64,000 nucleotides of DNA from NCBI GenBank assembly GCA_964437365.1, contig CAYTGM010000021.1, positions 2,522 through 66,521 on the forward strand, read 5' to 3'. The translations under genes were made by a program, and so were the position numbers. Under the pieces are notes generated by a model. It was not told where the DNA came from. It was given only the letters and a program-made list of their open reading frames with translations, and did no database searches. This stretch comes from an uncultured Candidatus Sumerlaeota bacterium. Its GTDB lineage: Bacteria > Sumerlaeota > Sumerlaeia > SLMS01. This document shows positions 1 to 9,820 of this stretch, one piece after another; position 1 is the first letter of the stretch; each line of letters begins with the position of its first letter.

Positions 1-1509
1 GCTATCCAGGCATGGGTTGATGAGATTGCTTCTCTGAACTACAATTCGATCGCGATTCATACCCGCTATCGTGGAGATGCGACGTACTTTCCAAACAAGA
101 CAGATTCCACGTTTCCGAATAATGAGCCTCGTAACTCCGCCGCAGGTAGCATAGACGTTCTTGAAGAGTTCACAACACGAGGTCATGCGGCTGGCCTTAA
201 GGTGTTCGCCTATGTGAATGCGTGGCTGGTGACTGACGGAGCTGATTCTGATCCTCGCTCTAACCATGTAATCAATACGCATCCTGAATGGATTACCTAC
301 GCCTATAACGGTGGAAATCCCATCGTTCAAACGACGGCTCAGGAACCCGAGGGAATCTGGCTCGACCCTGGACTTCCTGCGGCTCGCGCTTACACCGCAG
401 ACATCTGCGGCGATATCATGATGAACTATGATTGTGATGGAATTATTCTCGATCGCATCAGATATCCTCAGACAAGCTTCACACGTACCAACACAGACTT
501 CGGTTATCATCCTGATGCAGTTGCTGCATTCAATGCCGCTTATAGTAAGAGTGGAACACCTGATCCTTATGATGCCGACTGGATTCAGTACCGTAAAGAC
601 CAGATCACAGCCAGTGTCAGCGAAGTTTATAACACGATCACAACGATTGATTCTAATCATATCCTTCTCGCTTATCCGATCGGACGCTTCAATGATGCAA
701 TCAACTATAACTATCAGGACTGGCCTGTGTGGATAAGCAGTGGAGCTATCGACGGAGTTCTTCCTCAGATCTATACGAACAATAACACAACCTTTTCTTC
801 CCGTATCGATACACATATCAATGCCTGGTCAGGTACGCGCCTTCTGGGCGTTACGACACAGGCCTATGTATCTGGTGTAGATGTGGACGGGCAGATCGAT
901 ATCGTTCGTCAGAAGAATCTCGCTGGCACTTCGCCGTTCCGCCACGGATCTATGGGGGCTCTTGGTTATTTCACAGACCTTCAGAACGCCTGGGGCGGTG
1001 TAGCACCGTGGCCAGCGATGCCATGGAAGGGTTCTCCGACTCCAACTCCGACGCCCACCCCGACACCTACTCCGTCGCCGACACCAACAGCCAGCCCAAC
1101 GCCTTCACCGTCTCCAACGGCAAGCCCGACACCGAGCCCATCACCAACGCCAACAGCTACTCCAACTCCGACCCCTACACCAACGCCTCCGCCTTCCGCG
1201 ACCGATGTACATGTGGAGTCCATTGTTCCTTCCACAGTTGCTTTGGGTCAGGGTCAGAAGAAAGCTCAGGCAGACATCACGATCTTCGATGATCTCGGTA
1301 ACCCGGTTTCGGGAGCGACGGTCTCTGCTACCTTCACTGGCGATATCAGCGACACGGAAAGTGGAACGACAGACGCCAATGGAGTTGTAACTCTAATAAC
1401 CTCAAATCAGGTCAAAGGCCGCTTGAATTTCACAGTCTGTGTAGACAGTGTGACGGCAAGTCTTCCCTATGACAGCAATGACAACGTGGAGACCTGTGAT
1501 AGTAACTGA
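1..1509 (+). CDS. Glycoside hydrolase-like family 10 (GHL10/DUF187, YddW-like) protein with Pro/Thr linker and C-terminal Ig-like domain; 5'-partial
   Basis: Frame 1 is open from base 1 (AIQAWVDEIASLNYNSIAIHTRYRGDATY), so the gene starts upstream of the window. Motifs WLDPGLP, YDCDGIILDRIRYP, QDWPVW...PQIY are typical of GHL10. Confidence 0.8.
   Translation, partial: AIQAWVDEIASLNYNSIAIHTRYRGDATYFPNKTDSTFPNNEPRNSAAGSIDVLEEFTTRGHAAGLKVFAYVNAWLVTDGADSDPRSNHVINTHPEWITYAYNGGNPIVQTTAQEPEGIWLDPGLPAARAYTADICGDIMMNYDCDGIILDRIRYPQTSFTRTNTDFGYHPDAVAAFNAAYSKSGTPDPYDADWIQYRKDQITASVSEVYNTITTIDSNHILLAYPIGRFNDAINYNYQDWPVWISSGAIDGVLPQIYTNNNTTFSSRIDTHINAWSGTRLLGVTTQAYVSGVDVDGQIDIVRQKNLAGTSPFRHGSMGALGYFTDLQNAWGGVAPWPAMPWKGSPTPTPTPTPTPTPSPTPTASPTPSPSPTASPTPSPSPTPTATPTPTPTPTPPPSATDVHVESIVPSTVALGQGQKKAQADITIFDDLGNPVSGATVSATFTGDISDTESGTTDANGVVTLITSNQVKGRLNFTVCVDSVTASLPYDSNDNVETCDSN
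1033..1197 (+). repeat. Low-complexity (Pro-Thr/Ser)n linker-coding repeat
   Basis: Translates as SPTPTPTPTPTPTPSPTPTASPTPSP...PTPPPS with varied codons. Confidence 0.9.
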
Positions 1510-1543
1510 TCACGTTCATCATCCTAACAGATTCATATGAACA

Positions 1544-1577
1544 AACGCCCATCTCCTCGGAGGTGGGCGTTCTTCTT
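1544..1577 (+). terminator. Intrinsic terminator after the GH gene
   Basis: Hairpin aacgcccatctc-ctcg-gaggtgggcgtt followed by cttctt; lies between convergent genes. Confidence 0.7.
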
Positions 1578-1729
1578 ACCGCATGCATTCTTGAGAGCCC
1601 ATGAATGTCTTTTGAATTCAGATCAAGAGTGAGTGGGAATGGAATAATAAGTTTCTTCGCTGAATCTGGTACTCAGGGTAAGTCCCTCTTAGCCACTTTC
1701 CGGATCATGTCGGGTGGGTTCGAACATTC

Positions 1730-3025
1730 TTACAATCTTAGACCTTTATGGATTGCATCACGCATAGACGAGTTAAGGCTCGCTTCTTCGGCAAAATCAG
1801 GCCATCGTTTCACGGAGTTATACACTTCCTGATAGATGGTCTTCCAGCGACCTCTCTTCATGAGGGAAATTCGTGCGCATTCCTGGAAGTCTTCCTCACT
1901 GAAGTTATCCTGCTTTCCATTGAGTGTCATCTGATGTCGTGAGGTCCAGTCTCCTTCAGGGTTATAGGCATAGGTCAGATCAAAGGCGGGGGAGAGCGAC
2001 CACTTGCCTTTCTTATCCATGAGGAAAGCAATGTTCTTCACATGGTCGTCCTGGTTTCTTGCAATGATGTTGAAGCACATCCGTCGATAGAGCTGTTCAA
2101 TGCTCTCCATTGGTAAATCCAACTGCCTTGCTGTCAGTATGGCTTGTTCGTAGGAGTAAGCCCCTGCCATATTAAAGTCAAAATGAGCCATCGCGGCAAG
2201 GGACTGCATATGGAGTTTTTCTCCTCCATTAAGTCGATCGAAGCGCTTTGTCATAAAGTGACGTCGGTCTGCTTCTTCGAAAAGGCGACATTCAGTAATG
2301 TCTATACCTGCACTCTTCGCCATCAAATAATACGCATACTCTGCAACTCCGTATTCTTTCGGATCTTCGAGCTCTTTGTCCTTGTTTCCGCTGACCCCAT
2401 CGAACTTAAGGAGCCAGTACTCAAAGCCTTTTTCAGCTGGTATTTGTCCCGACCGTACCTCGTTCGTCTGTGGGTTCCAGGCAATGACTGCTTTTGCCCG
2501 GGCGCCACCTGCAGATGTCCCAACACGTAGGATCTGTTTCAGAGCCTCTTCTTTCTTCTTTTCCTCAAACGAGACTTTCAGGTTGTTTCGTTGACTGAGA
2601 ATCTCCGACGCGAGTTGGACAAGTCGGTCGACCTGGATCTTGTTTGTCTGTCGGGCAACAGGGCCAATGGCGGGTCTATATTCTAGTGCTCCCATGCCAC
2701 GTCGTCCTGTATAGCAAAGTCTCTCCACGGCATTGAAGGAGTCAGGCGTACGACCCTGAGAAGCAAGCCAGGCGTTAATCAGTGCGTTACCAAACTTGTC
2801 GGGCAGAGAATCGGAGAGCATTCCCGGGAGCCCGTGAAAGGAGCGCTGGGAAAGTTCCGGAAAACGATAGATGCTTCGCTTTACCGGCATCATGATGGGA
2901 GATGGCTCTACGCCGCTTCGTGCGAACTGAGGATCGTATTCAAAAGAGGCTACACGTTGATCATCTTCAATGGAAACGGCTCCGATAGTACTTCCCCAGA
3001 GTCGGACCTCTGCGATGGTGTTCAT
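1730..3025 (-). CDS. hipA: HipA family Ser/Thr kinase toxin (type II TA)
   Basis: HipA N-terminal domain (LSDSLPDKFGN), GTSAGGARAKA loop, WLLKFD, NQDDHVKN, LSPAFDL. Confidence 0.92.
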   Translation of the reverse strand: MNTIAEVRLWGSTIGAVSIEDDQRVASFEYDPQFARSGVEPSPIMMPVKRSIYRFPELSQRSFHGLPGMLSDSLPDKFGNALINAWLASQGRTPDSFNAVERLCYTGRRGMGALEYRPAIGPVARQTNKIQVDRLVQLASEILSQRNNLKVSFEEKKKEEALKQILRVGTSAGGARAKAVIAWNPQTNEVRSGQIPAEKGFEYWLLKFDGVSGNKDKELEDPKEYGVAEYAYYLMAKSAGIDITECRLFEEADRRHFMTKRFDRLNGGEKLHMQSLAAMAHFDFNMAGAYSYEQAILTARQLDLPMESIEQLYRRMCFNIIARNQDDHVKNIAFLMDKKGKWSLSPAFDLTYAYNPEGDWTSRHQMTLNGKQDNFSEEDFQECARISLMKRGRWKTIYQEVYNSVKRWPDFAEEASLNSSMRDAIHKGLRL

Positions 3026-3372
3026 GAGTCATCTCCCCACTGCCAATCATCCCTCTCTTTGTCTTCCTTTTTTCGCGATGAGGCCCTCTTCCGCTCTTCT
3101 CCTTTGAGTTTTAAGAGTTGAAGGGGGCTTGGCCCTTCTTCGGGTAAAAGTTGCTCCAGGCCTTCGATGAGGTCGAGTGCCCTCAGCACACGGATCAGAT
3201 TATTAAGTTGAGAAGTCGACCCCGCTTCCATGCGCTCGAGGGTTCGCTTGGAAATACCTGCTTCTTTTGCCAGTTGAGCCTGGGTCAGATCGTAGGAAAG
3301 ACGTCTCTGAGTCAGGCGCTTACCTATTTCTTCGAGAATAGCGTCGTCTGTGAGAAGTGGATTGAAAGGCAT
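3022..3372 (-). CDS. XRE-family HTH antitoxin (HipB-like)
   Basis: LTQAQLAKEAGISKRTLERMEAG HTH; overlaps the hipA start (ATGA). A strong RBS (AAGGAGGAG) precedes ATG 3372; the ORF track extends to 3414. Confidence 0.88.
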   Translation of the reverse strand: MPFNPLLTDDAILEEIGKRLTQRRLSYDLTQAQLAKEAGISKRTLERMEAGSTSQLNNLIRVLRALDLIEGLEQLLPEEGPSPLQLLKLKGEERKRASSRKKEDKERDDWQWGDDS

Positions 3373-3402
3373 CTGCAGCTCCTCCTTAGGAACTGAGAGC
3401 TT

Positions 3403-3466
3403 TCTATTCGCCATGAATGACGATTACAAGCAGAAATTTGATCCTATTCGCCTTTTGTTGCGAATT
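3403..3466 (-). promoter_or_regulatory. Putative hipBA promoter with two palindromic operators
   Basis: ATTCGC-N8-GCGAAT (3446-3465) and degenerate ATTCGC-N8-ACGATT (3406-3425), 40 bp apart. Minus-strand TTGTAA-N17-TAGAAA overlaps the proximal site. Confidence 0.6.
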
Positions 3467-3484
3467 AATCTCAGTTGAAGAGTC

Positions 3485-4780
3485 TTACCTGGAGCGAAAA
3501 TCATCAACTTGTTTGATGGCTTTCACCACATTCAGCGGTGATTGTTGACGATAGCTCTGCTCGATGTCACCGAGCAAAATCGCAAGCTTTGCGTCATTCG
3601 GCTGCTGGTCGAGGGAGCTTTCAATCCAGGAGACACGTTGATCAGATAGAGTCTGAAGTTCTCTTAGGACTGCAGCCTTGCTCACCGTTGTTTGTTGATT
3701 GTAGAGAAAGACCCCCACTCCTCCAAGGATCGCGCCAAGGAAAATCATTGTTGCTGTATAGATGGCCCCGCGAAGTTTGACGGGAATAGAAAGCTTAAAT
3801 CTCTGACTTCTGGTTTGTTGAGAAGAAAAGATTATCTTTTCCAGATCTTTGATGAAATTCTCCACTCCGAGAGGTCGTCTGGAAATATCAGCAGACAAAC
3901 AACGCTGAATAAAGAGAGCAATCTCCTTAGTGAGAGTATCTGTCTTCAGGTCGAATTCCGCATTCTGATTCTTTTTCAGCAACTCTGCTGAGGACCCCGT
4001 TTTTTCGATGAGGGGTTTCCCGGTCAGAGCAAAGTAGAGCGTTGCGCCCAACGCATAGATATCACTCTGGTGTGTCGCTGGTTCACCTCTGGCCTGTTCG
4101 GGTGCCATATATCCAATCGTTCCTGAAATTACTCCCGATTGACTAATCAGTTCATCACGTGTTGCTGCTATACCGAAATCTGCAATTTTGACGCGACCTT
4201 CAGAAGAAATAATAATATTCTCAGGCTTGATATCGCGATGAATGATACCAAGATCATGAGCTGCTCTTAAGCCTTTAGCAGCTTCGAGGATGATTCGAAG
4301 GACTTGCTTATCTGACGGAGGGAGTGGACTGTTAACCTTCTGCTTCAGGTTTTCTCCGTCGACAAACTCCATGGCGAAGAAAGTGATTTCCCCAACAGTA
4401 TGAAACGAATATACTTGGACAACATTCTCGTGGGCCAGTTTACCTGCCTGCTCAGCTTCTTTTTTCAGTGCGCGAACAAGGTCGACGTTATTTCGGTTGG
4501 TGACAAATTTGAGGGCAACATCACGGTTCAGGCTACGATCTTTTGCTTTCGCGACAGCGCCCATACCTCCCTGACCAATAATTTTCTCAACTTCAAAATC
4601 TGCCTGGTCAGCAACGACCTGAAGGCCTTTTAAGAAGGTATATCCTTCTTTGCCTTCAAAGAATTTCTGCGACTTTTTTCGGGGTTCTATATCGTGCAGA
4701 GTCGTTTCGAGACTTGTTTGAAATTCAGTCTGAACGGAATCTTCGTCCTGCAACCTGACTGTCGAAAGTTGAGTTTCCAT
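3485..4780 (-). CDS. Hanks-type Ser/Thr protein kinase with C-terminal TM helix
   Basis: IGQGGMGAV, VALK, HRDIKPEN, KIADFG, GTIGYMAPE, DIYALG; TM near the C-terminus. Start probably 4780 or 4789 (ORF track gives 4822). Confidence 0.92.
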   Translation of the reverse strand: METQLSTVRLQDEDSVQTEFQTSLETTLHDIEPRKKSQKFFEGKEGYTFLKGLQVVADQADFEVEKIIGQGGMGAVAKAKDRSLNRDVALKFVTNRNNVDLVRALKKEAEQAGKLAHENVVQVYSFHTVGEITFFAMEFVDGENLKQKVNSPLPPSDKQVLRIILEAAKGLRAAHDLGIIHRDIKPENIIISSEGRVKIADFGIAATRDELISQSGVISGTIGYMAPEQARGEPATHQSDIYALGATLYFALTGKPLIEKTGSSAELLKKNQNAEFDLKTDTLTKEIALFIQRCLSADISRRPLGVENFIKDLEKIIFSSQQTRSQRFKLSIPVKLRGAIYTATMIFLGAILGGVGVFLYNQQTTVSKAAVLRELQTLSDQRVSWIESSLDQQPNDAKLAILLGDIEQSYRQQSPLNVVKAIKQVDDFRSR

Positions 4781-4782
4781 TT

Positions 4783-5349
4783 CTACCATCTGCTCGATTC
4801 TGCTCCACCAAGCATGGAACAATTCGTTCTTACCAGATCACCATGGCTGAAGGTTCCATTGGTTGGATCGTAAATACCCGACTCATAGATCTGAGTAAAC
4901 CCATCCACAATGAGGTCCTTGATAACATCATTAAATTGGTCCTGAGAATCAGGGCCCACAGATCCTAACACGTACTTATTGATGTCACGTGAGCCAGCAG
5001 GGAACGTAGGGTTCTTCGCAATATCAACGTAGTAGATCTGTCTGAGTTTTCCATCTTCTGTCGAAAACGGATCATTTGGAAGAGATGTCATATAGGCGAT
5101 TGGAGTTGTTAAAGGAGCCAACCCCATACGTCGTTCACCTGTGTCAATGATGTCTGGCTGGGGAGGGAATTTGCCTGTGTCTATATGGTAAACGTTCAAG
5201 GCAACGGAAAGTGTCCGCATTTCACTATGCGCGCCCGAAGACTTTGATCTTGTTTGAGCCTCTAGAAAGTTAGGAACCGCGATCGCGGCAAGAATGGCTA
5301 TGATTGCAACAACGATCAGAAGCTCAATGAGAGTAAATCCCTGTTTCAT
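4783..5349 (-). CDS. Type IV pilin-like / pseudopilin protein (prepilin N-terminal cleavage-methylation motif)
   Basis: MKQG^FTLIELLIVVAIIAILAAIAVPNF class III signal; C-terminal SVGPD and YDPTNGT motifs. Confidence 0.88.
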   Translation of the reverse strand: MKQGFTLIELLIVVAIIAILAAIAVPNFLEAQTRSKSSGAHSEMRTLSVALNVYHIDTGKFPPQPDIIDTGERRMGLAPLTTPIAYMTSLPNDPFSTEDGKLRQIYYVDIAKNPTFPAGSRDINKYVLGSVGPDSQDQFNDVIKDLIVDGFTQIYESGIYDPTNGTFSHGDLVRTNCSMLGGAESSRW

Positions 5350-5568
5350 GTCCGGACTCCGTGCGAGTGAGATTGCTCACGTGTAATCAGCAACGCAGAG
5401 TCCCACTTTGTAAGAGAGAAAGAGTGGAGACCGTAGATCATTGAATGAAGGGGAATTAGGTACTATTGCCTGGAATAATTATTTATAAATCCAGGTACTT
5501 TCACCAAAGAAAGGGAGATATAAGCAGCTGTGCAGATTGGCGTGCTGTGCCGGAATTGCACACTGAAA

Positions 5569-6714
5569 TCATGGATTAAATGACCTGTTACGACTGGAAG
5601 ATTCGAGAGAACTCTGACCTTCAAGATAACGAGAAAACTCTCGTGCGAGCGCCTCAGAAAACTTGGACTGAGCTTCTTTCGTCATGTGAAGGAGATCGGG
5701 AAAATCGGAATCATCAAATAAAAGACCCGTGCTCATCAAAGGAGTTTCCCATTTCGTAGACACTGTTTTGAACGTCTTAAATTCGCTTGGTGTTACTGCC
5801 AGATTATACATTTCCTGGATCGGGGAGGAAACGGGCATCTCAAAGAATACAACTGTTCCCCCATGCTCTTGAACAATTTCAACAATATCACGAAGACGTG
5901 ATTTCTCCCAATCGGCTTTGTATGAGGGTATAAACGGAACCCCATAGTCTGTTGGATTGGTATTATCGGGATCCTCGACATAGAGATCTCTTGTACTGAG
6001 AACTTTGTCACGTACTTGCTCAACACCCTTCTGGTCTGTCCGAATTCCTCCGCTTCCATCCATTTCAATTTCGGGATTGTCGTCTTTTTTCCCCTGATCA
6101 GATTTGCTGGTAAGATTGTTATCGATAATCCCTCCCAGTTTATTAATGATTCCGATTCTAAAGTAATAGCGCTTACTATATAAATCTGATTTCTGGCCTG
6201 CGTGGAGCAGGGAAAGCCTCATTTTTTCCTCGAAATCATAGTCAGATTCTTTCCAAAGTATATTCAGCGTTTCGTTATCAAGAAGACTTGTTACCATTCG
6301 TACGTCACTTTGATTGACGATCCAGGGGTCTGAAGTCTTGTTCCAGAAAGGAATTCCTGCAGGAGCTTCCAGAAATACATACTTCCCCTTAAAAGCGTCC
6401 TCGTTATTCTCTGCCATCCTTTTGATCGTTGCATAATACTGAAACATCGTCGTATAGCCAAAACCGTAGTTCAGAACCTTCGGATCATCATAAGTTGATG
6501 ACGTCCTGGCCAGTACATCTTCGAAGACTTCTGTATTGATCGAAGCAGCTACACGAGAACTTCCGAGAAAGAGCACATCAAAATTCTGCTCTTCTGGATT
6601 CTCTGCAAGGTAGGGCAAGCCATAGTCGTCTCCATAGATCTTCCATTGACGAAAAAAAAGTTCGGCTCCACCGAATAGCAGCAAGGGAATGAGAATGTAG
6701 AGTAGATATTTCAC
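5569..6714 (-). CDS. Membrane-anchored SGNH-like protein (AlgJ/DltD/DUF1574-like O-acylation partner)
   Basis: N-terminal TM, LFLGSSR (G-x-S block I), C-terminal DLLH (DxxH); directly downstream of an MBOAT gene. Confidence 0.6.
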   Translation of the reverse strand: MKYLLYILIPLLLFGGAELFFRQWKIYGDDYGLPYLAENPEEQNFDVLFLGSSRVAASINTEVFEDVLARTSSTYDDPKVLNYGFGYTTMFQYYATIKRMAENNEDAFKGKYVFLEAPAGIPFWNKTSDPWIVNQSDVRMVTSLLDNETLNILWKESDYDFEEKMRLSLLHAGQKSDLYSKRYYFRIGIINKLGGIIDNNLTSKSDQGKKDDNPEIEMDGSGGIRTDQKGVEQVRDKVLSTRDLYVEDPDNTNPTDYGVPFIPSYKADWEKSRLRDIVEIVQEHGGTVVFFEMPVSSPIQEMYNLAVTPSEFKTFKTVSTKWETPLMSTGLLFDDSDFPDLLHMTKEAQSKFSEALAREFSRYLEGQSSLESSSRNRSFNP

Positions 6715-6726
6715 GTTTCGTTCCCT

Positions 6727-8139
6727 TTAGAATTGAAAATAGATGAAAGTTTGCTGAACAGGAGCTGGGAAAAGAACCATCGCCAGCAACATCAGACAGA
6801 TTACAACATATCCTACACCATACTTCCATCCAATTCCCTCTCTGGGATCATCAGCATTCTTCATAAACAATTCAACAAGCCAGAGCATTGGAACAAACAA
6901 GACTAAATAAGCAATATATTCCCCGACTCCGCGATGGGGAAGGAAATCTGTAAAGATATGAATCGTGAACTCATAGACTTGCTCCATGCTTTCAGCTCTA
7001 AAAATTAACCAGCCGAAGCAGACAAAGTGAAACCAGACAATCATCCAAAGTGCTTTAAGGACCTTGTGGTTTAATTGAAAGATCTGACGATCTATACAGG
7101 TCAAACGATGAATGACTAACAATAATCCCTGATAGATTCCCCAGAAAATGAATGTCCAGGCAGCTCCGTGCCAAAGACCACCTAGAATCATTGTCAGCAT
7201 CAGGTTGCGATAGGTCTTATTGACAGTGCCGCGGTTTCCTCCCAGGGAAATATAGAGATAATCACGTAGCCATGTAGAAAGACTGATGTGCCATCTTCGC
7301 CAGAACTCTGAAGGGTTGGTAGAAAGGTAGGGAATATTAAAGTTCTTCATGATGTCGATTCCCATCAGTCTCGCAAGGCCTCTTGCAATATCTGAATAAC
7401 CACTGAAATCACAATAGATCTGATAAGCGAAAGCATAAATGGCAAGTAAACAGATGAGGCCATTAGGAGTTTCTTCGGCTCCAAAGGCCTGATTCGCAAT
7501 GATCGCAAGGTTGTCAGCAATGACGATCTTTTTGAAGAGCCCCAAAATGATGAGCCAGATTCCTTCTCGAACATGAGTCCAGGTAATTGTGCGAGGAGAA
7601 CAGATCTGAGGAAGAAGGTGGGAGGCGCGCTCGATCGGTCCGGCTACCAACTGCGGAAAATAGGCGACGAAAAGAGCGAAATTCAAAAGGTCAGTGGTTG
7701 GTTCGAGCTTTCTTCGATAAATATCAATCGTATAGCTCATTGTTTGAAAAGTATAGAAGGAGATTCCGACCGGCAGAACGATATTTAATCTCAGATTCTC
7801 AGTTGGGAGCTCGGTGAGTGTCCCGATCAAAGACTCAGCACTCGAGATAAAAAAATTAAAGTATTTGAAGACTCCAAGCATCCCAAGGTTAAAGATACAG
7901 CTTAATAGGAGATATTTGCGTCTGACTTTGTCATCTTGAGAATGATGCAATTTCTTCCCGACAACAAAGTCTATCAGGGTAGACAGGACGATCAGTGAAA
8001 GAAATCGCCAGTCCCACGCTCCATAGAAGACATAGCTGGCGATAAGTAATAATAAATTCTGGAGTCTTAGAGTAGAGAAGTAATAGAGAGGGAAGACAAC
8101 CAAACAGAAGAGTACAAAAGTTAAGCTATTAAAGGCCAT
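6727..8139 (-). CDS. MBOAT family O-acyltransferase (AlgI/DltB-like)
   Basis: LPVGISFYTFQ, FPQLVAGPIER, DFSGYSDIA, FWRRWHISLS, GLWHGA. Confidence 0.93.
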   Translation of the reverse strand: MAFNSLTFVLFCLVVFPLYYFSTLRLQNLLLLIASYVFYGAWDWRFLSLIVLSTLIDFVVGKKLHHSQDDKVRRKYLLLSCIFNLGMLGVFKYFNFFISSAESLIGTLTELPTENLRLNIVLPVGISFYTFQTMSYTIDIYRRKLEPTTDLLNFALFVAYFPQLVAGPIERASHLLPQICSPRTITWTHVREGIWLIILGLFKKIVIADNLAIIANQAFGAEETPNGLICLLAIYAFAYQIYCDFSGYSDIARGLARLMGIDIMKNFNIPYLSTNPSEFWRRWHISLSTWLRDYLYISLGGNRGTVNKTYRNLMLTMILGGLWHGAAWTFIFWGIYQGLLLVIHRLTCIDRQIFQLNHKVLKALWMIVWFHFVCFGWLIFRAESMEQVYEFTIHIFTDFLPHRGVGEYIAYLVLFVPMLWLVELFMKNADDPREGIGWKYGVGYVVICLMLLAMVLFPAPVQQTFIYFQF

Positions 8140-8315
8140 CGACGCCTCTCATGTTCTGCCTGAGTTGCATGAGTATTCTTTCCGTGTACTCTCCTGTCAC
8201 AATCATGAGTGAAACAACGACTCGTCTGCTCACAAGGCAAGACATTTTCCCTTCTATAAGAACAAATTCAACTTCAATTCTGTCCTGCTTCAATAAAAGG
8301 GTTCCCGGAATTATA

Positions 8316-9734
8316 CTAGAACTGAAAATAGATGAACGTCTGGTTAACGGGTGCTGGAAATAAAAGGATAGCCAATAGCATCATGGAAATAATGATATAA
8401 CCAAGACCATACTTCCAGGCGGGAGACGTATGCGGGTCATCAACATTTCTCATGCTGAACTCTACGGCCCAGAGCATCGAAGGGAAAAAGAGAAGATATG
8501 CCAATGGTTCTGCGAGATCAACAGTCAGGCGCATATCTGTAAGTATAGCCCCTATAAAATCGCAGACCTGATTCAGATCTCTTGATCTGAAAAGCAGCCG
8601 TCCAAGAGACGCAAAATGAAACCAGACGACAAGCCAGATGATTTTCATATAGAGTGCTTCTGACTTAAATAACTTTCGCTCCCGACAAATATATCGATAG
8701 AGAACCAATAGGATTCCCTGATAGATTCCCCAGAGGAGAAATCGATAACCCGCTCCATGCCATATCCCGCTGACTAGAAGTGTAATTAAAAGATTTCGGT
8801 AGGTTCTGGCTCTCGTTCCACGGCTTCCTCCAAGGGGGAAATAAACATAATCTCTCAGCCAGGTAGAAAAACTAATATGCCACCTTTGCCAATGGTCGGC
8901 AGGATTTGTTGCAAGCAGAGGGATATTAAAGTTTTTCATAAGATCTATACCCATCAGTTTGGCCAGGCCACGGGCAATGTCTGAGTAGCCACTGAAGTCA
9001 CCATAAATCTGATAGGCAAAAGCATAGACAGCAATTAAACACGCCATCCCTCCCGGAGTTTCCTCTGATTCGAAAACCTGATTCACGATGATCGCCATAT
9101 TATCTGCTATGACAACTTTCTTAAAATAGCCGAGGATCAGCAGCCATAATCCTTCTCGAATTCGAGTCGAGGTGATCTTTCGTGGTTTCGAAATCTGAGG
9201 TAGGAAATTAGATGCTCTTTCGATCGGACCAGCGACAAGCTGAGGAAAAAAGGCTACAAACAGGGCAAAATCGAGAAACCTTTTAGAAGGCTGCATGTTT
9301 CCTCGATAAATGTCTATGGTGTAACTCATTGTCTGAAACGTATAGAATGAGATTCCAATAGGAAGAATGATGTTCAATCTGAAGGTTTCTGCCGGCTGAT
9401 TTGTGAGAAGTGAAAGGAGATCTTGAGCTCCCTCCAGGAAGAAATTAAAGTACTTGAAAAAGCCCAGCATTCCAAGATTACAGAAACAACTGACTAGAAG
9501 AAGACGGTACCTAATCTTCGGATTCTCAGTTTTTGCGATCGTGCTCCCGATGAAGTAGTCAATGCAGGTTGAAATAAGAATAAGGGAGAGAAATCGAGGG
9601 TCCCAGGCTCCATAGAAAAGATAGCTGGCAAAAAGTAGAAGAATATTTTGTAGTCGAAAGGGAGACAAATAATAGAGAGGGAAAACAATGAGACAAAACG
9701 AAGCAAAGGTAAAACTGTTAAACGCCATGATCAA
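8316..9734 (-). CDS. MBOAT family O-acyltransferase (AlgI/DltB-like), paralogue of 6727-8139
   Basis: Same motif set (LPIGISFYTFQ, WQRWHISFS, GIWHGA); both proteins end QTFIYFQF. Confidence 0.93.
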   Translation of the reverse strand: MIMAFNSFTFASFCLIVFPLYYLSPFRLQNILLLFASYLFYGAWDPRFLSLILISTCIDYFIGSTIAKTENPKIRYRLLLVSCFCNLGMLGFFKYFNFFLEGAQDLLSLLTNQPAETFRLNIILPIGISFYTFQTMSYTIDIYRGNMQPSKRFLDFALFVAFFPQLVAGPIERASNFLPQISKPRKITSTRIREGLWLLILGYFKKVVIADNMAIIVNQVFESEETPGGMACLIAVYAFAYQIYGDFSGYSDIARGLAKLMGIDLMKNFNIPLLATNPADHWQRWHISFSTWLRDYVYFPLGGSRGTRARTYRNLLITLLVSGIWHGAGYRFLLWGIYQGILLVLYRYICRERKLFKSEALYMKIIWLVVWFHFASLGRLLFRSRDLNQVCDFIGAILTDMRLTVDLAEPLAYLLFFPSMLWAVEFSMRNVDDPHTSPAWKYGLGYIIISMMLLAILLFPAPVNQTFIYFQF

Positions 9735-9820
9735 GCCTTGCCATGGATTCTCATCTCAATTCCAATACTCAGAAAGTTTCTCTTCCCGAGTCCGCAAATC
9801 AATCGCTAATCAGCCTGAGG

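Noticed and set aside
981-1235. Antisense Gly/Val-repeat ORF
   Set aside because: Mirror of the Pro/Thr linker on the coding strand.
1700-1730. GGGTTCGAA resembling a tRNA T-loop next to hipA (possible att site)
   Set aside because: No cloverleaf, acceptor stem or CCA can be built, and there is no second copy.
5395-5432. GAAAGAGTGG hairpin upstream of the pilin gene resembling a c-di-GMP riboswitch
   Set aside because: Wrong strand for the pilin gene, and it lacks the GGCAAA and GCAAAGC elements.
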